From Candidatus Arthromitus sp. SFB-mouse-Japan (GTDB lineage: Bacteria > Bacillota > Clostridia > Clostridiales > Clostridiaceae), in the NCBI RefSeq assembly GCF_000270205.1, contig NC_015913.1, positions 390,001 to 422,000 on the forward strand: a stretch of 32,000 nucleotides of DNA, read 5' to 3'. The position numbers were made by a program, and so were the translations under genes. Shown in pieces: positions 1-9,372 of the stretch (the first letter of the stretch is position 1; each line of letters starts with the position of its first letter). Under the pieces are notes generated by a model that did not search any database, was not told the origin of the DNA, and worked only from the letters and a program-made list of their open reading frames with translations.

Positions 1-839
1 TATATATAAGTATTTTTATAATACTTATATTTTTTGGCACTAAATTTTTTAGATATATTGGTAGTATTTTTCAAAAACTACCTGAGATATATACATTTAA
101 TGTAGAACCTGTACTTAATGTTATTATATATAAAATACAAGATATAATACCGGAATTAAGTACTGTAATAGATTTAGAAAATATAAGTAAGTATATAATG
201 AATATTATTAATTCTATATCTTTATCAGCTGTTGATTTAATTGCATCTATTGCAACTAAGATTCCATCTTTTTTAGTAAAATTTATTTTTGCTATAATTT
301 CATCATTTTTGTTTACCTTGGATTATTACAGATTTACAGGGTTTGTAATGAGGCAATTTCCAGAACGTGTACAGCATATAATTTTAAATATAAAAAGAAA
401 TATTTTTGGAACTATATTTAAATTAATGAAAGCGTATTTTATATTGATGACGTTAACATTTATCGAATTGAGTATAGGATTTACTATTTTTAGTATACCT
501 AATGCTATATTGCTTGCGGTTATTATAGCTATTTTGGATATATTGCCAGCAATTGGAGTGGGTGGTATACTTATACCGTGGTCAATAATCGAATTAGTAA
601 AAGGAAATTATAATTTATCCATAGGGTTAATTGTTATTTATGCTATTATCACAATAATCAGATATATATTAGAGCCTAAGATTGTCGGAAGTCAAATAGG
701 ACTTAATCCTATTGTAATCATCATAAGTATATTTCTTGGTGCTCAAATATTTGGATTTTTAGGAATATTTATCCTTCCTATAATTGCAACAATTATAAAA
801 TATTTAAATGATAGTGGAACAATTAAACTATTTAAGTAA
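1..839 (+). CDS. AI-2E family transporter / YtvI-like integral membrane protein (5' end outside window)
   Basis: Frame 3 is open from nt 3 to the TAA at 837-839, so the 213-aa track ORF is only the C-terminal part. The sequence is multi-pass hydrophobic, with ILDILPAIGVGGILIPW and EPKIVGSQIGLNP blocks typical of UPF0118/AI-2E (PerM/YtvI) permeases. Confidence 0.7.
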   Translation, partial: YISIFIILIFFGTKFFRYIGSIFQKLPEIYTFNVEPVLNVIIYKIQDIIPELSTVIDLENISKYIMNIINSISLSAVDLIASIATKIPSFLVKFIFAIISSFLFTLDYYRFTGFVMRQFPERVQHIILNIKRNIFGTIFKLMKAYFILMTLTFIELSIGFTIFSIPNAILLAVIIAILDILPAIGVGGILIPWSIIELVKGNYNLSIGLIVIYAIITIIRYILEPKIVGSQIGLNPIVIIISIFLGAQIFGFLGIFILPIIATIIKYLNDSGTIKLFK

Positions 840-857
840 TTAATAGAATTTTGATTT

Positions 858-1130
858 TTGGTAGGAGTGGTTATCTTGAATAATGAGGAATCAGTATTTT
901 TTAAGATTTTTAATTTTAAAAAAACACGCACTAATATTGATGGATTAATTGGGAAAATAGGATTAGTTACTAAAGATATTGACAATATTCAATCACTTGG
1001 AGAGGTACAAATTAATCATGATTACTGGGGTGCTATAAATTATGATGAATGTGAGGTTATAAAAAAGGGTACAAAAGTTGAAATTTTGGATATAAGAGGA
1101 GTTAAACTCATAGTTAGAGAAGTTAAATAA
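858..1130 (+). CDS. NfeD-family protein, short form (C-terminal OB-fold domain only)
   Basis: TTG start, bounded by an in-frame TGA at 852-854. GKIGLVTKDI...GEVQINHDYWGAINYDE..IKKGTKVEILDIRGVKLIV matches the NfeD C-terminal beta-barrel. It lies 11 nt upstream of an SPFH gene, the classic NfeD-SPFH operon. No N-terminal TM segment is present. Confidence 0.6.
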   Translation: MVGVVILNNEESVFFKIFNFKKTRTNIDGLIGKIGLVTKDIDNIQSLGEVQINHDYWGAINYDECEVIKKGTKVEILDIRGVKLIVREVK

Positions 1131-1141
1131 GGAGAATAATT

Positions 1142-2050
1142 ATGCCGATAATAAGTTTATTAGCTGTGATTTTAATAGTTTTTATTGTTTTAGGAATAAT
1201 TTTTAGTTGTGTGATAGTGGTACCTCAAGCCTATATTTATGTAATTGAAAGGTTTGGGGCATACTATAAGACATTTGAGGTTGGCATACATTTTAGGATT
1301 CCATTTATAGATAGGGTAGCTAGGAAGATATCAATTAAAGAGCAGGTTATAGATTTTGATCCTCAACCAGTAATAACTAAGGATAATGTAACTATGATGA
1401 TTGATACTGTAGTATTTTATCAAGTTACAGATCCTAAACTATATGTTTATGGAGTTGAACATCCTATTTTAGCAATAGAAAATTTATCAGTAACTACGCT
1501 TAGAAATATAATAGGAGATCTTGAATTAGATGAAACGTTAACATCTAGAGATATTGTTAATGGTAAAATGAGATCTATTTTAGATCAGGCAACTGATTCT
1601 TGGGGTATAAAAATAAATAGAGTTGAACTTAAAAATATAATACCACCTCAAGAAATTCAAGATTCTATGGAAAAACAGATGAAGGCAGAACGTGAAAGAA
1701 GAGAACTTATACTTAGAGCAGAGGGAGAGAAGAAGTCTTCTATACTTAGAGCAGAAGGTGAGAAGGAGTCCGCTATTCTTAAGGCAGAAGGACAGAAACA
1801 GGCTGCAATAAAAGAAGCGGAAGGTAGAGCCGAATCAATATTGAAGATTCAAAAGTCTCTTGCAGATAGTATAAAATATATGAATGAAGCAAATCCAACA
1901 GAGAAGGTATTATCTCTTAAAGCATTGGAGGCTTTAGAAAAGGTTGCAGATGGGAAAGCTACGAAAATAATAATACCTTCAGAGATTCAGAATTTGGCTT
2001 CATTAACGACTTCTTTAGGGGAAATATATAATTCAACTAAAGAACAATAG
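1142..2050 (+). CDS. SPFH/band-7 (stomatin/prohibitin-like) membrane protein
   Basis: It has an N-terminal TM helix, an SPFH core (VPQAYIYVIERFGAYYKT...ITKDNVTMMIDTVVFYQVTDP) and a C-terminal AEGEK-repeat coiled coil. An RBS (aaggag) precedes the ATG. Confidence 0.9.
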   Translation: MPIISLLAVILIVFIVLGIIFSCVIVVPQAYIYVIERFGAYYKTFEVGIHFRIPFIDRVARKISIKEQVIDFDPQPVITKDNVTMMIDTVVFYQVTDPKLYVYGVEHPILAIENLSVTTLRNIIGDLELDETLTSRDIVNGKMRSILDQATDSWGIKINRVELKNIIPPQEIQDSMEKQMKAERERRELILRAEGEKKSSILRAEGEKESAILKAEGQKQAAIKEAEGRAESILKIQKSLADSIKYMNEANPTEKVLSLKALEALEKVADGKATKIIIPSEIQNLASLTTSLGEIYNSTKEQ

Positions 2051-2060
2051 AGTTTATTTA

Positions 2061-2097
2061 ATATCAGCCTATAATTTTGTAGGTTGATATTTTTTTA
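2061..2097 (+). terminator. Rho-independent terminator after the SPFH gene
   Basis: atatcagcct (2061-2070) pairs with aggttgatat (2081-2090), 10 bp with one G-U, followed by a T7 run. Confidence 0.7.
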
Positions 2098-2146
2098 AAA
2101 AAGTATATAGTTAAAAATAATACTTAGTTAGAAATGAGGAATTGTA

Positions 2147-2977
2147 TTGGGAGATTTAAGAAATATTTTAAATGGGGTAGTCTTAGGTGTATCAAATATT
2201 ATTCCTGGAGTATCTGCTGGTACCATGTTAGTAGTTTTGGGAATATACGATAAACTAATAAAATCTATATCCACCATATTTTGCAAATTTAAGGAAAACT
2301 TTAGATTTTTGTTTTTTTTAGGACTTGGAATACTGTTAGGAATTTTACTTTTTAGTAATATTTTATCTTATTTCTTAGATAGGTATCCTTGGCAAATGAA
2401 TTATTTATTTATGGGCCTTATTTTGGGAACATTTGGTATCTTATTTAAAACTGTTAAAGATTTTAATCCGAATAAATTGAGTTATACATTTTTTTTGATA
2501 ACCTTTCTGATTTTGATAGGTATTAGATTTATGGATATATCGATTTATAGTCGTGATATTATAGATGAATTGAGTTTAAGGAATGCAATTATGCTTTTTG
2601 CTAGCGGGTTTGTAGCTGCAAGTGCAATGGTGATTCCTGGTTTGAGTGGATCTTTTATTTTAATAGTTTTTGGTGTTTATAATTCTATAATAGTAGCAGT
2701 ATCTGAATTGAATATTTTGATATTAATTCCATTTGGTGTTGGAGTAATATTAGGATTTTTGTGTATGATTAGAGTGATTGAATATCTTTTAAAAGCATTT
2801 AAAATTCAAACATATATGGGAATACTTGGTCTTGTTACAGGATCACTTGTACTGATTTTTCCAGGTTTTGAATTTTCAATGGTTGGATTAACGTGTATAT
2901 TATCTTTAATTCTTGGATTTGCGATTTCGTATTTTATGTGTAAGATTGATGGACATATTAAAGATAACAGAAAATAA
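2147..2977 (+). CDS. DUF368 family membrane protein (PopT-type undecaprenyl-phosphate translocase family)
   Basis: TTG start after gagga. Two repeated halves carry the IPGVSAGTM and IPGLSGSF motifs characteristic of DUF368. Polytopic. Confidence 0.8.
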   Translation: MGDLRNILNGVVLGVSNIIPGVSAGTMLVVLGIYDKLIKSISTIFCKFKENFRFLFFLGLGILLGILLFSNILSYFLDRYPWQMNYLFMGLILGTFGILFKTVKDFNPNKLSYTFFLITFLILIGIRFMDISIYSRDIIDELSLRNAIMLFASGFVAASAMVIPGLSGSFILIVFGVYNSIIVAVSELNILILIPFGVGVILGFLCMIRVIEYLLKAFKIQTYMGILGLVTGSLVLIFPGFEFSMVGLTCILSLILGFAISYFMCKIDGHIKDNRK

Positions 2978-3020
2978 TTTTATTTAAAAGTTATTTACAT
3001 AATATAGGTATTTTATTTAA

Positions 3021-3055
3021 AAAGCCTACATCATTAATGATGCGGGCTTTTTTCT
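3021..3055. terminator. Bidirectional terminator between the DUF368 and MFS genes
   Basis: aaagcc...ggcttt outer stem plus catca/tgatg inner stem, with an A-run upstream and a T-run downstream. It overlaps the MFS stop codon. Confidence 0.55.
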
Positions 3056-4209
3056 TTGAATGATTTTAGTATTATAAATGATAGTATTAAACTTAGTCCA
3101 ATTACGATAAATGGTAGTTTAAACCATACATTGAATAATAGTCCAGATAAAATTGATCCTAAGAATGATCCTATTGCTTTGAATCCATTTTGAATTCCTA
3201 ATATTTCTCCCTGATTTTGAGTTGAGTTTTCAAGTAATAATGTTTGTATAGTTGGGGTAATTAGAGTGTGTGTTATAATGAATATTAGAAGAGCTATAAC
3301 TGTTATATATTGATTTGTTACAGACATTGCTATTAGTATGCTTGATCCAGATAGTAATATTGAGAACATATACAGAGATTTAGAGTTAAATTTTTTTCCT
3401 ACTATAGGTATTATTATTAAATTAGTTATTAATGTAAACATTCCACTTGATCCAAGTATAACGCCATTTATACTTGTTGGTAAATTTAAGATATCTTCAA
3501 CATAATAGCTAATTGTAGAGGCATATCCTTGAATCGCTAAGAATGTTAAAATCATTATTAGTAATATTAAGTATACAAATTTATTTGATTTTTTTATTTT
3601 AGATAAATCTTTAAAGTTTAATATTTTTAAGGTGAATTTAGAATCCTTATTTTTAGGTGTATTATCTTTAAATAATATAGTTATAAGAATTATTGATAAT
3701 AAAGATATCGATATTTGAGTAAAGAATGTGAGTTTATAATCATTTATGCCTAAAATCCCACCGATTAAGGATCCTAATATTACACCTATGCTATTAGAAG
3801 CATTAAAGTATGAAATCTTTTTTAGTTTAAGTTTGACAGGAGTTATGGATGATACGTAAGCCATACTAGAAACAAAGTAACCAGCTATAAATATTCCAGA
3901 TATGATTCTTGCTATGATTACACTTACATTGTTTGGGAAAAATCCAAATATAATTTGTCCTATAGTATAACCTATGAGTGAAATCAGCATTGTTATTTTT
4001 TTTCCGTAAATATTGCATATAATGCCGAATGTTGGAGCACTTATAAATGTTGATATATTGAGGCATCCTTGAAGTAGTCCAAAATAAAATGTAGGTAAAT
4101 TATTTTCATTGATAAATTTTGGAGTAATAGGATGCACCATCGTTAATGATATGTATACAATCATGTTAAGTAAAAAAATTTTTGTAAATTGTCTATTGGA
4201 TTTATTCAA
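3034..4209 (-). CDS. MFS transporter
   Basis: 391 aa with about 12 hydrophobic segments and a two-halves organisation with a central charged loop (KDNTPKNKDSKFTLKILNFKDLSKIKKSNK). General MFS appearance. Confidence 0.85.
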   Translation of the reverse strand: MNKSNRQFTKIFLLNMIVYISLTMVHPITPKFINENNLPTFYFGLLQGCLNISTFISAPTFGIICNIYGKKITMLISLIGYTIGQIIFGFFPNNVSVIIARIISGIFIAGYFVSSMAYVSSITPVKLKLKKISYFNASNSIGVILGSLIGGILGINDYKLTFFTQISISLLSIILITILFKDNTPKNKDSKFTLKILNFKDLSKIKKSNKFVYLILLIMILTFLAIQGYASTISYYVEDILNLPTSINGVILGSSGMFTLITNLIIIPIVGKKFNSKSLYMFSILLSGSSILIAMSVTNQYITVIALLIFIITHTLITPTIQTLLLENSTQNQGEILGIQNGFKAIGSFLGSILSGLLFNVWFKLPFIVIGLSLILSFIILKSFKEKSPHH

Positions 4210-4284
4210 TCTATAACTCCCCTTAAAATAATTATGGAAGTTATTATATAATAATTAATGTTATAATGGAATAAAAAATTTGGA

Positions 4285-4851
4285 GTGGTTATTGTGGAAA
4301 TAGAAGTTAGGATTTTAGATGTGGATATTCATGAAATTAGAAGAAAAATTTTTGAATATAATGGAGTTCTTGTTAAAAAAGAAAATCAAATTAATAAGTT
4401 ATTTGATTTTGATGATGATAGACTTTTACGAAATAATGGTTATGCTAGAATTAGAATTATTAAGGATTTAATTTCTGATAAGAATTTTTATTATATGACT
4501 AGCAAGAGGAAGTTATCGAAAAGTAGTGATAAATATAAAGTTATGGATGAACAGGAAGTCTTGATTGATAGTTGGGAGATTGGAGAAAATATATTTAAGT
4601 CATTAGGTCTTTCTATGAAAAATGAGATAAAGAAGTATAGAGAGAGTTATAAAATAAATGATGTTTTAATTGAGATTGATATTAATGATAAGAGTTTTTA
4701 TCCGAACCCTTATGTGGAAATAGAAGGGGAAAGTATTAATGAAATAGAAGAAGTTGTAAATATTTTAGGATACAGCATGGAAGATACAACTTCAAAGAGC
4801 ATTTTTGAATTAATTGAAGATCTTAATAAAAATAAAATTGATTATGAATAA
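4285..4851 (+). CDS. CYTH domain protein (class IV adenylate cyclase / triphosphatase family)
   Basis: N-terminal EIEVR (ExExK-like) strand motif, length about 185 aa, alternating acidic/basic beta-strand pattern and a C-terminal EIEGE strand. Confidence 0.55.
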   Translation: MVIVEIEVRILDVDIHEIRRKIFEYNGVLVKKENQINKLFDFDDDRLLRNNGYARIRIIKDLISDKNFYYMTSKRKLSKSSDKYKVMDEQEVLIDSWEIGENIFKSLGLSMKNEIKKYRESYKINDVLIEIDINDKSFYPNPYVEIEGESINEIEEVVNILGYSMEDTTSKSIFELIEDLNKNKIDYE

Positions 4852-4889
4852 ATATTTTTATATAATTATTGAATGTAGAATGATTATAT

Positions 4890-5065
4890 AGGTTAATCAA
4901 ATTTTAATTTTGGTTATTAAAAGGGAAATAGGTTAAAATCCTATACGGTCCCGCCGCCGTGATGAGGAGTGTTTATTTATATGCCACTGGATAATATCTG
5001 GGAAGGTTAATAAATGCAGAGATACTAAGTCGGAATACCTGCCTATGTAATGGGCTTATAGCTTT
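4890..5065 (+). promoter_or_regulatory. Cobalamin (B12) riboswitch aptamer
   Basis: aaagggaaataggttaaaatcctatacggtcccgccgccgtga core, gccactgg...ctgggaagg pairing block, and a B12-box aagtcggaatacctgcc at 5027-5043. It sits directly upstream of a BtuF/FecCD/ATPase operon. Confidence 0.85.
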
Positions 5066-5140
5066 ACGGAGTATGAGGTTATTTGCGTAGGTTCATTATA
5101 GAGTGTTTTTTATAATGTGTTTTTACGTTTAAATAATAGT

Positions 5141-5179
5141 GCCTTGTGGAGTATAGCCATGAGGCAATTTTATTTTTTT
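5141..5179 (+). terminator. Riboswitch expression-platform terminator
   Basis: gccttgtgg (5141-5149) pairs with ccatgaggc (5157-5165), followed by aattttattttttt. It lies 24 nt before the RBS/ATG of the first transporter gene. Confidence 0.7.
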
Positions 5180-5202
5180 AAATATTTAGGAGGTATAGAT
5201 AC

Positions 5203-6075
5203 ATGAGGCTTGTAAAAAATTTTTTAGCATTCGTAATTTTTATATTTTCATTTTCTATATTTGTTTCTTGTGGAAGAAATATAGATACAGGTATTAGTGA
5301 AAATAAGGAGATTAGAATTGTTTCCCTTGCACCTTCAAATACTGAAATATTGGTTGGTTTAGATTTGGGTAATAATATTATTGGAATTGATCAATATTCA
5401 GAAGGTATTAAGGGAGTAAGTGAAAATATTCAAGTATTTGAGATTGGTGTTCCTAATATAGAAGCGGTATTGAAATTGAATCCAACTCATTTGTTATTAT
5501 CTGGATATACATCTGATTTATCTAAGTACGTAGAGCTTGAAAATAGTGGAGTTAAGGTTATAAATATAGATACACCAACGAGTATTCAGGGAATATATGA
5601 TTCTATTGAGTTAATTGGTAAAAGTTTTAATATTGTTAGTAAGAGTAAAGAAATGATCGAATCAATTAAGAGCAGTATTGAAGATATAATTGGTAATAAT
5701 AATAGCGAGAAGGTGAGCGTTTATTTTGAAATTTCTCAGGCGCCTTATTTGTATAGTTTTGGAAGAAGTACATATTTAAATGAAATTATTGAACTATCTG
5801 GTGGGGAAAATATATTTGGAAATTTAGAAGGATGGATTTCTCCAAGTGAGGAATCAATTATAAAAGCAAATCCACAAATAATTTTTACAAATGTTAATGT
5901 AGAAAGAAATATTGATGAGATAAAAAATAGGCATGGGTGGGAAAATATAGATGCTGTAAAAAATAATAGGATTTATTATATTGATAAAGATATGTCTTCA
6001 AGAGCATCCCAATTTTTTCTAGGTGCGTTAAAGGATATTACTAGATATATAAGAGAGTATAACGATGAGGTCTAG
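5203..6075 (+). CDS. ABC transporter substrate-binding lipoprotein, BtuF/FhuD-type (likely cobalamin/corrinoid)
   Basis: Signal peptide with lipobox FVSCG. IVSLAPSNTEIL and NPQIIF blocks are typical of periplasmic-binding-protein type 2. The riboswitch lies upstream. Confidence 0.85.
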   Translation: MRLVKNFLAFVIFIFSFSIFVSCGRNIDTGISENKEIRIVSLAPSNTEILVGLDLGNNIIGIDQYSEGIKGVSENIQVFEIGVPNIEAVLKLNPTHLLLSGYTSDLSKYVELENSGVKVINIDTPTSIQGIYDSIELIGKSFNIVSKSKEMIESIKSSIEDIIGNNNSEKVSVYFEISQAPYLYSFGRSTYLNEIIELSGGENIFGNLEGWISPSEESIIKANPQIIFTNVNVERNIDEIKNRHGWENIDAVKNNRIYYIDKDMSSRASQFFLGALKDITRYIREYNDEV

Positions 6076-7084
6076 TACCTTATTTAAATTTTTATTGATA
6101 GTTATATTTTCATTTATTGTAATTATTTTAGGATTAATAATTGGCGGTGGGATAAAGAATACAGTACATATTTTTGAAATAATTTTGCATGGATTATTTG
6201 GATTAGATTTGAGAGATAGCATATCAAGTGTGGAAGTAAGCATTATTTGGAATATAAGATTCCCAAGAGTTTTATTAGCTTTTATAGTTGGAGGAATGTT
6301 GTCTATTAGTGGAGTTATTATTCAATCTGTATTAAGAAATCCTCTAGCTTCTTCATATACCATAGGTGTATCTTCAGGAGCATCTCTTGGCATTGGCATT
6401 TTTACAATATGTAATATTACATTTTTAGGATATTTTACTTATCCAGTGATTGGATTTATTTTTTCAGTTTTAACTATAATATTTGTTATTAGTTTATGTA
6501 AGAAACTCGATAGTAGTATGTCCAATAATACAATTATATTGATTGGAATGGTAATGTCTTTATTTTTAAATGCGGTTTTTATTCTTATAACATCTGTTAG
6601 GCATGAGAGTTTATCTTCTATAATTATTTGGCAACTTGGATCATTTTCATCTAGAGGATGGATATATGTCATTTCAATTATACCGTTTTTAATTATAGGA
6701 GTGTTTGGAACAATGTTTTATAGCAGAGAACTTGATATTTTAACTTTTGGAGATGATATGAGTAAAGCCGTAGGAGTTAATGTATCCAAAATAAAAATAA
6801 TCATGCTTTTATATGTGTCTATATTGACTGGAGCCAGTATTGCAGCTAGTGGAGTTATAGGTTTTGTTGATTTAGTTGTGCCTCATATATCGAGGAAAAT
6901 GTTTGGATCGGGGCATAGCGTTGTTATCTTATCTAGCTTATTTATTGGAGGAATTTTAATGGTAATTTTTGATATTATATCAAGGGTTATAATTTATCCA
7001 GCAGAAATTCCTATAGCTACGGTTAATGCTTTAATAGGAACACCTATATTTTGTTATATTTTTTTCAGAGAATATAGGAGGTAG
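6065..7084 (+). CDS. FecCD/BtuC-family ABC permease
   Basis: RFPRVLLAFIVGGMLSISGVIIQSVLRNPLASSYTIGVSSGASLG and the C-terminal PIATVNALIGTPIF are hallmark FecCD motifs. It overlaps the binding-protein gene by 11 nt. Confidence 0.9.
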   Translation: MRSSTLFKFLLIVIFSFIVIILGLIIGGGIKNTVHIFEIILHGLFGLDLRDSISSVEVSIIWNIRFPRVLLAFIVGGMLSISGVIIQSVLRNPLASSYTIGVSSGASLGIGIFTICNITFLGYFTYPVIGFIFSVLTIIFVISLCKKLDSSMSNNTIILIGMVMSLFLNAVFILITSVRHESLSSIIIWQLGSFSSRGWIYVISIIPFLIIGVFGTMFYSRELDILTFGDDMSKAVGVNVSKIKIIMLLYVSILTGASIAASGVIGFVDLVVPHISRKMFGSGHSVVILSSLFIGGILMVIFDIISRVIIYPAEIPIATVNALIGTPIFCYIFFREYRR

Positions 7085-7089
7085 TAAAA

Positions 7090-7839
7090 ATTTTAGAAGT
7101 TTCAGATTTAAGTTATTCTTATAAAAAAAATAATAAGATATTAGATAATATAAGTTTTTCGCTTAAAAGTGGTGAACATTTGAGCATAATAGGATTAAAT
7201 GGATGTGGTAAGTCAACTTTACTCAAATGTATATGTAATTTTTTGGATTATGAGGGTAGCATAAAAATTAGAGGGAAAGAAGTAAGACAAGTTAGAAATA
7301 GAGAGCTTGCTAAAAATGTTAGTATATTATTTCAACAAAATAATATGTACTTTGATTATAAGGTTTCAGATGTTATAAGGTTTGGTAGATATATTTACGA
7401 AAGATGGAATTTTAGATATGGTGATTGTGAAAATTTAGATATTATATTAAAAAATATGGGGATATATCATTTGAAAGATAGATTTATGAGTGAGCTATCT
7501 GGAGGAGAAAAGCAAAGAGTATTTATATCTAGAATTTTGTATCAAGATCCATATATAATTTTGCTCGATGAATTTAATAATAATATAGATTTAAGTACTC
7601 AAATTTACATAATAGAGAATTTTAGAGATATTTTTAAAGATAAGATTATTGTGTCAGTTTTTCATGATTTGAATTTAGTTAGAAATCTAGATAGTTTGGT
7701 AATGGTACTTAAAGATAGTAAGATTTATAAATATGGTGATGTTGACTCCATATTTAATAAAAATATTTTACAGAGTGTATATGGGGTGGATGTTCAGAAA
7801 TTTATGATAAATTCTTTTAATAAATGGAATAAAAAATAA
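7090..7839 (+). CDS. ABC transporter ATP-binding protein (start codon uncertain; ATT 7090 proposed)
   Basis: Walker A GLNGCGKS, signature LSGGEKQRV, Walker B IILLDEF, H-loop VFHD. The track ORF (TTG 7180) begins only 6 aa before Walker A. The frame is open back to the stop at 7075-7077 and encodes (V)KILEVSDLSYSY..., the usual ABC N-terminal strand. Confidence 0.8.
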   Translation: MLEVSDLSYSYKKNNKILDNISFSLKSGEHLSIIGLNGCGKSTLLKCICNFLDYEGSIKIRGKEVRQVRNRELAKNVSILFQQNNMYFDYKVSDVIRFGRYIYERWNFRYGDCENLDIILKNMGIYHLKDRFMSELSGGEKQRVFISRILYQDPYIILLDEFNNNIDLSTQIYIIENFRDIFKDKIIVSVFHDLNLVRNLDSLVMVLKDSKIYKYGDVDSIFNKNILQSVYGVDVQKFMINSFNKWNKK

Positions 7840-7869
7840 TATGGTTTTAATTAATCAAGGAGGTAATTA

Positions 7870-8514
7870 ATGGTGATAGTTGTTGGTGGGATGATAGGCC
7901 TAGGTAAGACAAGCGTTTCAGAAATTATAGCAAAGGAATTCAATTCTAAAGTATTTTATGAGAGTGTGGAAGATAATCCGATTTTACCATTGTTTTATAA
8001 TTCAACGGATGAGGAGATAAAATTAAATAGATATCCTTTTTTGCTTCAATTATTTTTTTTAGATAAGAGATTTAAATCCATAAAACAGGCATTAACTAGT
8101 AAGAATAATGTATTAGATAGAAGTATATATGAAGATTGGTATTTTTGTAAGAGGAATATGGATCTTGGAAGAATTTCAGAACTTGAGATGAGTGTTTATG
8201 AATCATTGTTAAATAATATGATGGAAGAGCTTGATGAGCTTCCAAAGAAGAGTCCAGATATATTTATATATTTGAGAGGAAGTTTTGATACGATTATAAA
8301 TAGGATAAAAATGAGAGGAAGATCTTATGAAATTGATAATAAACTTGTAGATTATTATAGATATATTTGGGAAGGTTATGACGATTGGATGTATAACGTA
8401 TATAGTAAATCGTCGGTTTTAACGATTGATATGGATAATATGGATGTTGTAAATAATTTTGAAGATAGGAATAATTTAATAAAGATTGTTAAAGAAAAGT
8501 TATGCCTAGCTTAA
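7870..8514 (+). CDS. Deoxynucleoside kinase (dAK/dGK/dCK family)
   Basis: P-loop GGMIGLGKTS, then YESVEDNPILPLFY and the LDRSIYED, FIYLRGSFDTIINRIKMRGRSYE (LID) motifs. Confidence 0.85.
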   Translation: MVIVVGGMIGLGKTSVSEIIAKEFNSKVFYESVEDNPILPLFYNSTDEEIKLNRYPFLLQLFFLDKRFKSIKQALTSKNNVLDRSIYEDWYFCKRNMDLGRISELEMSVYESLLNNMMEELDELPKKSPDIFIYLRGSFDTIINRIKMRGRSYEIDNKLVDYYRYIWEGYDDWMYNVYSKSSVLTIDMDNMDVVNNFEDRNNLIKIVKEKLCLA

Positions 8515-8587
8515 AAACTGATTTATTTATTTTTATGATTATTGTATTATACTATATGTAATATCTTAATTTTAGGAGGGAAATATA

Positions 8588-9289
8588 ATGGATACTCCTC
8601 ATATTAATACTGGTGGTAATAAAATTGCAGAAAGTATACTATTACCTGGAGACCCACTTAGATGTAAATTTATTGCAGAAAACTATTTAACTGATGTAGT
8701 ACAATTTAATTCTGTAAGAAATATGTTTGGTTTCACAGGTAAATATAAAGGTAAAGAAGTTTCTGTAATGGGTACAGGAATGGGAATGCCGAGCATAGGG
8801 ATTTATTCTTATGAGCTTATAACAAAATTTGGAGTAAAGAATTTAATTAGAATTGGTAGTTGCGGGGCAATACAGGAAAATCTTAATTTATATGATATAG
8901 TAATAGGTCAAGGTGCTTCTACTAATTCAAATTTTGCATCTCAATATGGACTTCCGGGAACATTTGCTCCTATAGCATCTTATGATTTGTTATCTAAAGC
9001 TGTTGAATCTGCAAATAAATTGGGTATACATGTAAATGTAGGTAATATACTATCATCGGATATTTTTTATGACGATAATAATGATTCATACTTATTATGG
9101 AAAAAGATGGGAATATTAGCGATTGAGATGGAAGCAGCGGCACTATACATGAATGCTGCAAGACTTGGAGTTAAAGCACTTTGTATATTAACAGTAAGTG
9201 ACAATATAATAACTCGTGAGGAAACTACAGCTGAAGAAAGACAAACTGCATTTAATAAAATGATGGAACTTTCTTTAGATGTCGTATAA
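8588..9289 (+). CDS. deoD: Purine-nucleoside phosphorylase, DeoD type
   Basis: TPHIN...LLPGDPLRCKFIAENYL...NSVRNMFGFTGKYKGKEVSVMGTGMGMPS...EMEAAALY is collinear with E. coli DeoD. Confidence 0.92.
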   Translation: MDTPHINTGGNKIAESILLPGDPLRCKFIAENYLTDVVQFNSVRNMFGFTGKYKGKEVSVMGTGMGMPSIGIYSYELITKFGVKNLIRIGSCGAIQENLNLYDIVIGQGASTNSNFASQYGLPGTFAPIASYDLLSKAVESANKLGIHVNVGNILSSDIFYDDNNDSYLLWKKMGILAIEMEAAALYMNAARLGVKALCILTVSDNIITREETTAEERQTAFNKMMELSLDVV

Positions 9290-9333
9290 TATGTGCACAT
9301 AAAATTTAAGTGTTAAATTACATAAATATTTTT

Positions 9334-9372
9334 ATAGATCCTTATTTTTAAAGTAAGGATCTATTATTTTTT
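9334..9372 (+). terminator. Rho-independent terminator after deoD
   Basis: Perfect 11-bp stem atagatcctta / taaggatctat, 9-nt loop, T-rich tail. Confidence 0.8.

Noticed and set aside
1711-1830. Tandem ~33-nt repeats (ILRAEGEK-S-) that could be mistaken for a DNA repeat element
   Set aside because: They are in frame within the SPFH gene and encode the AEGEK-type coiled-coil region common to SPFH proteins. This is a protein-level repeat, not a mobile or regulatory repeat.
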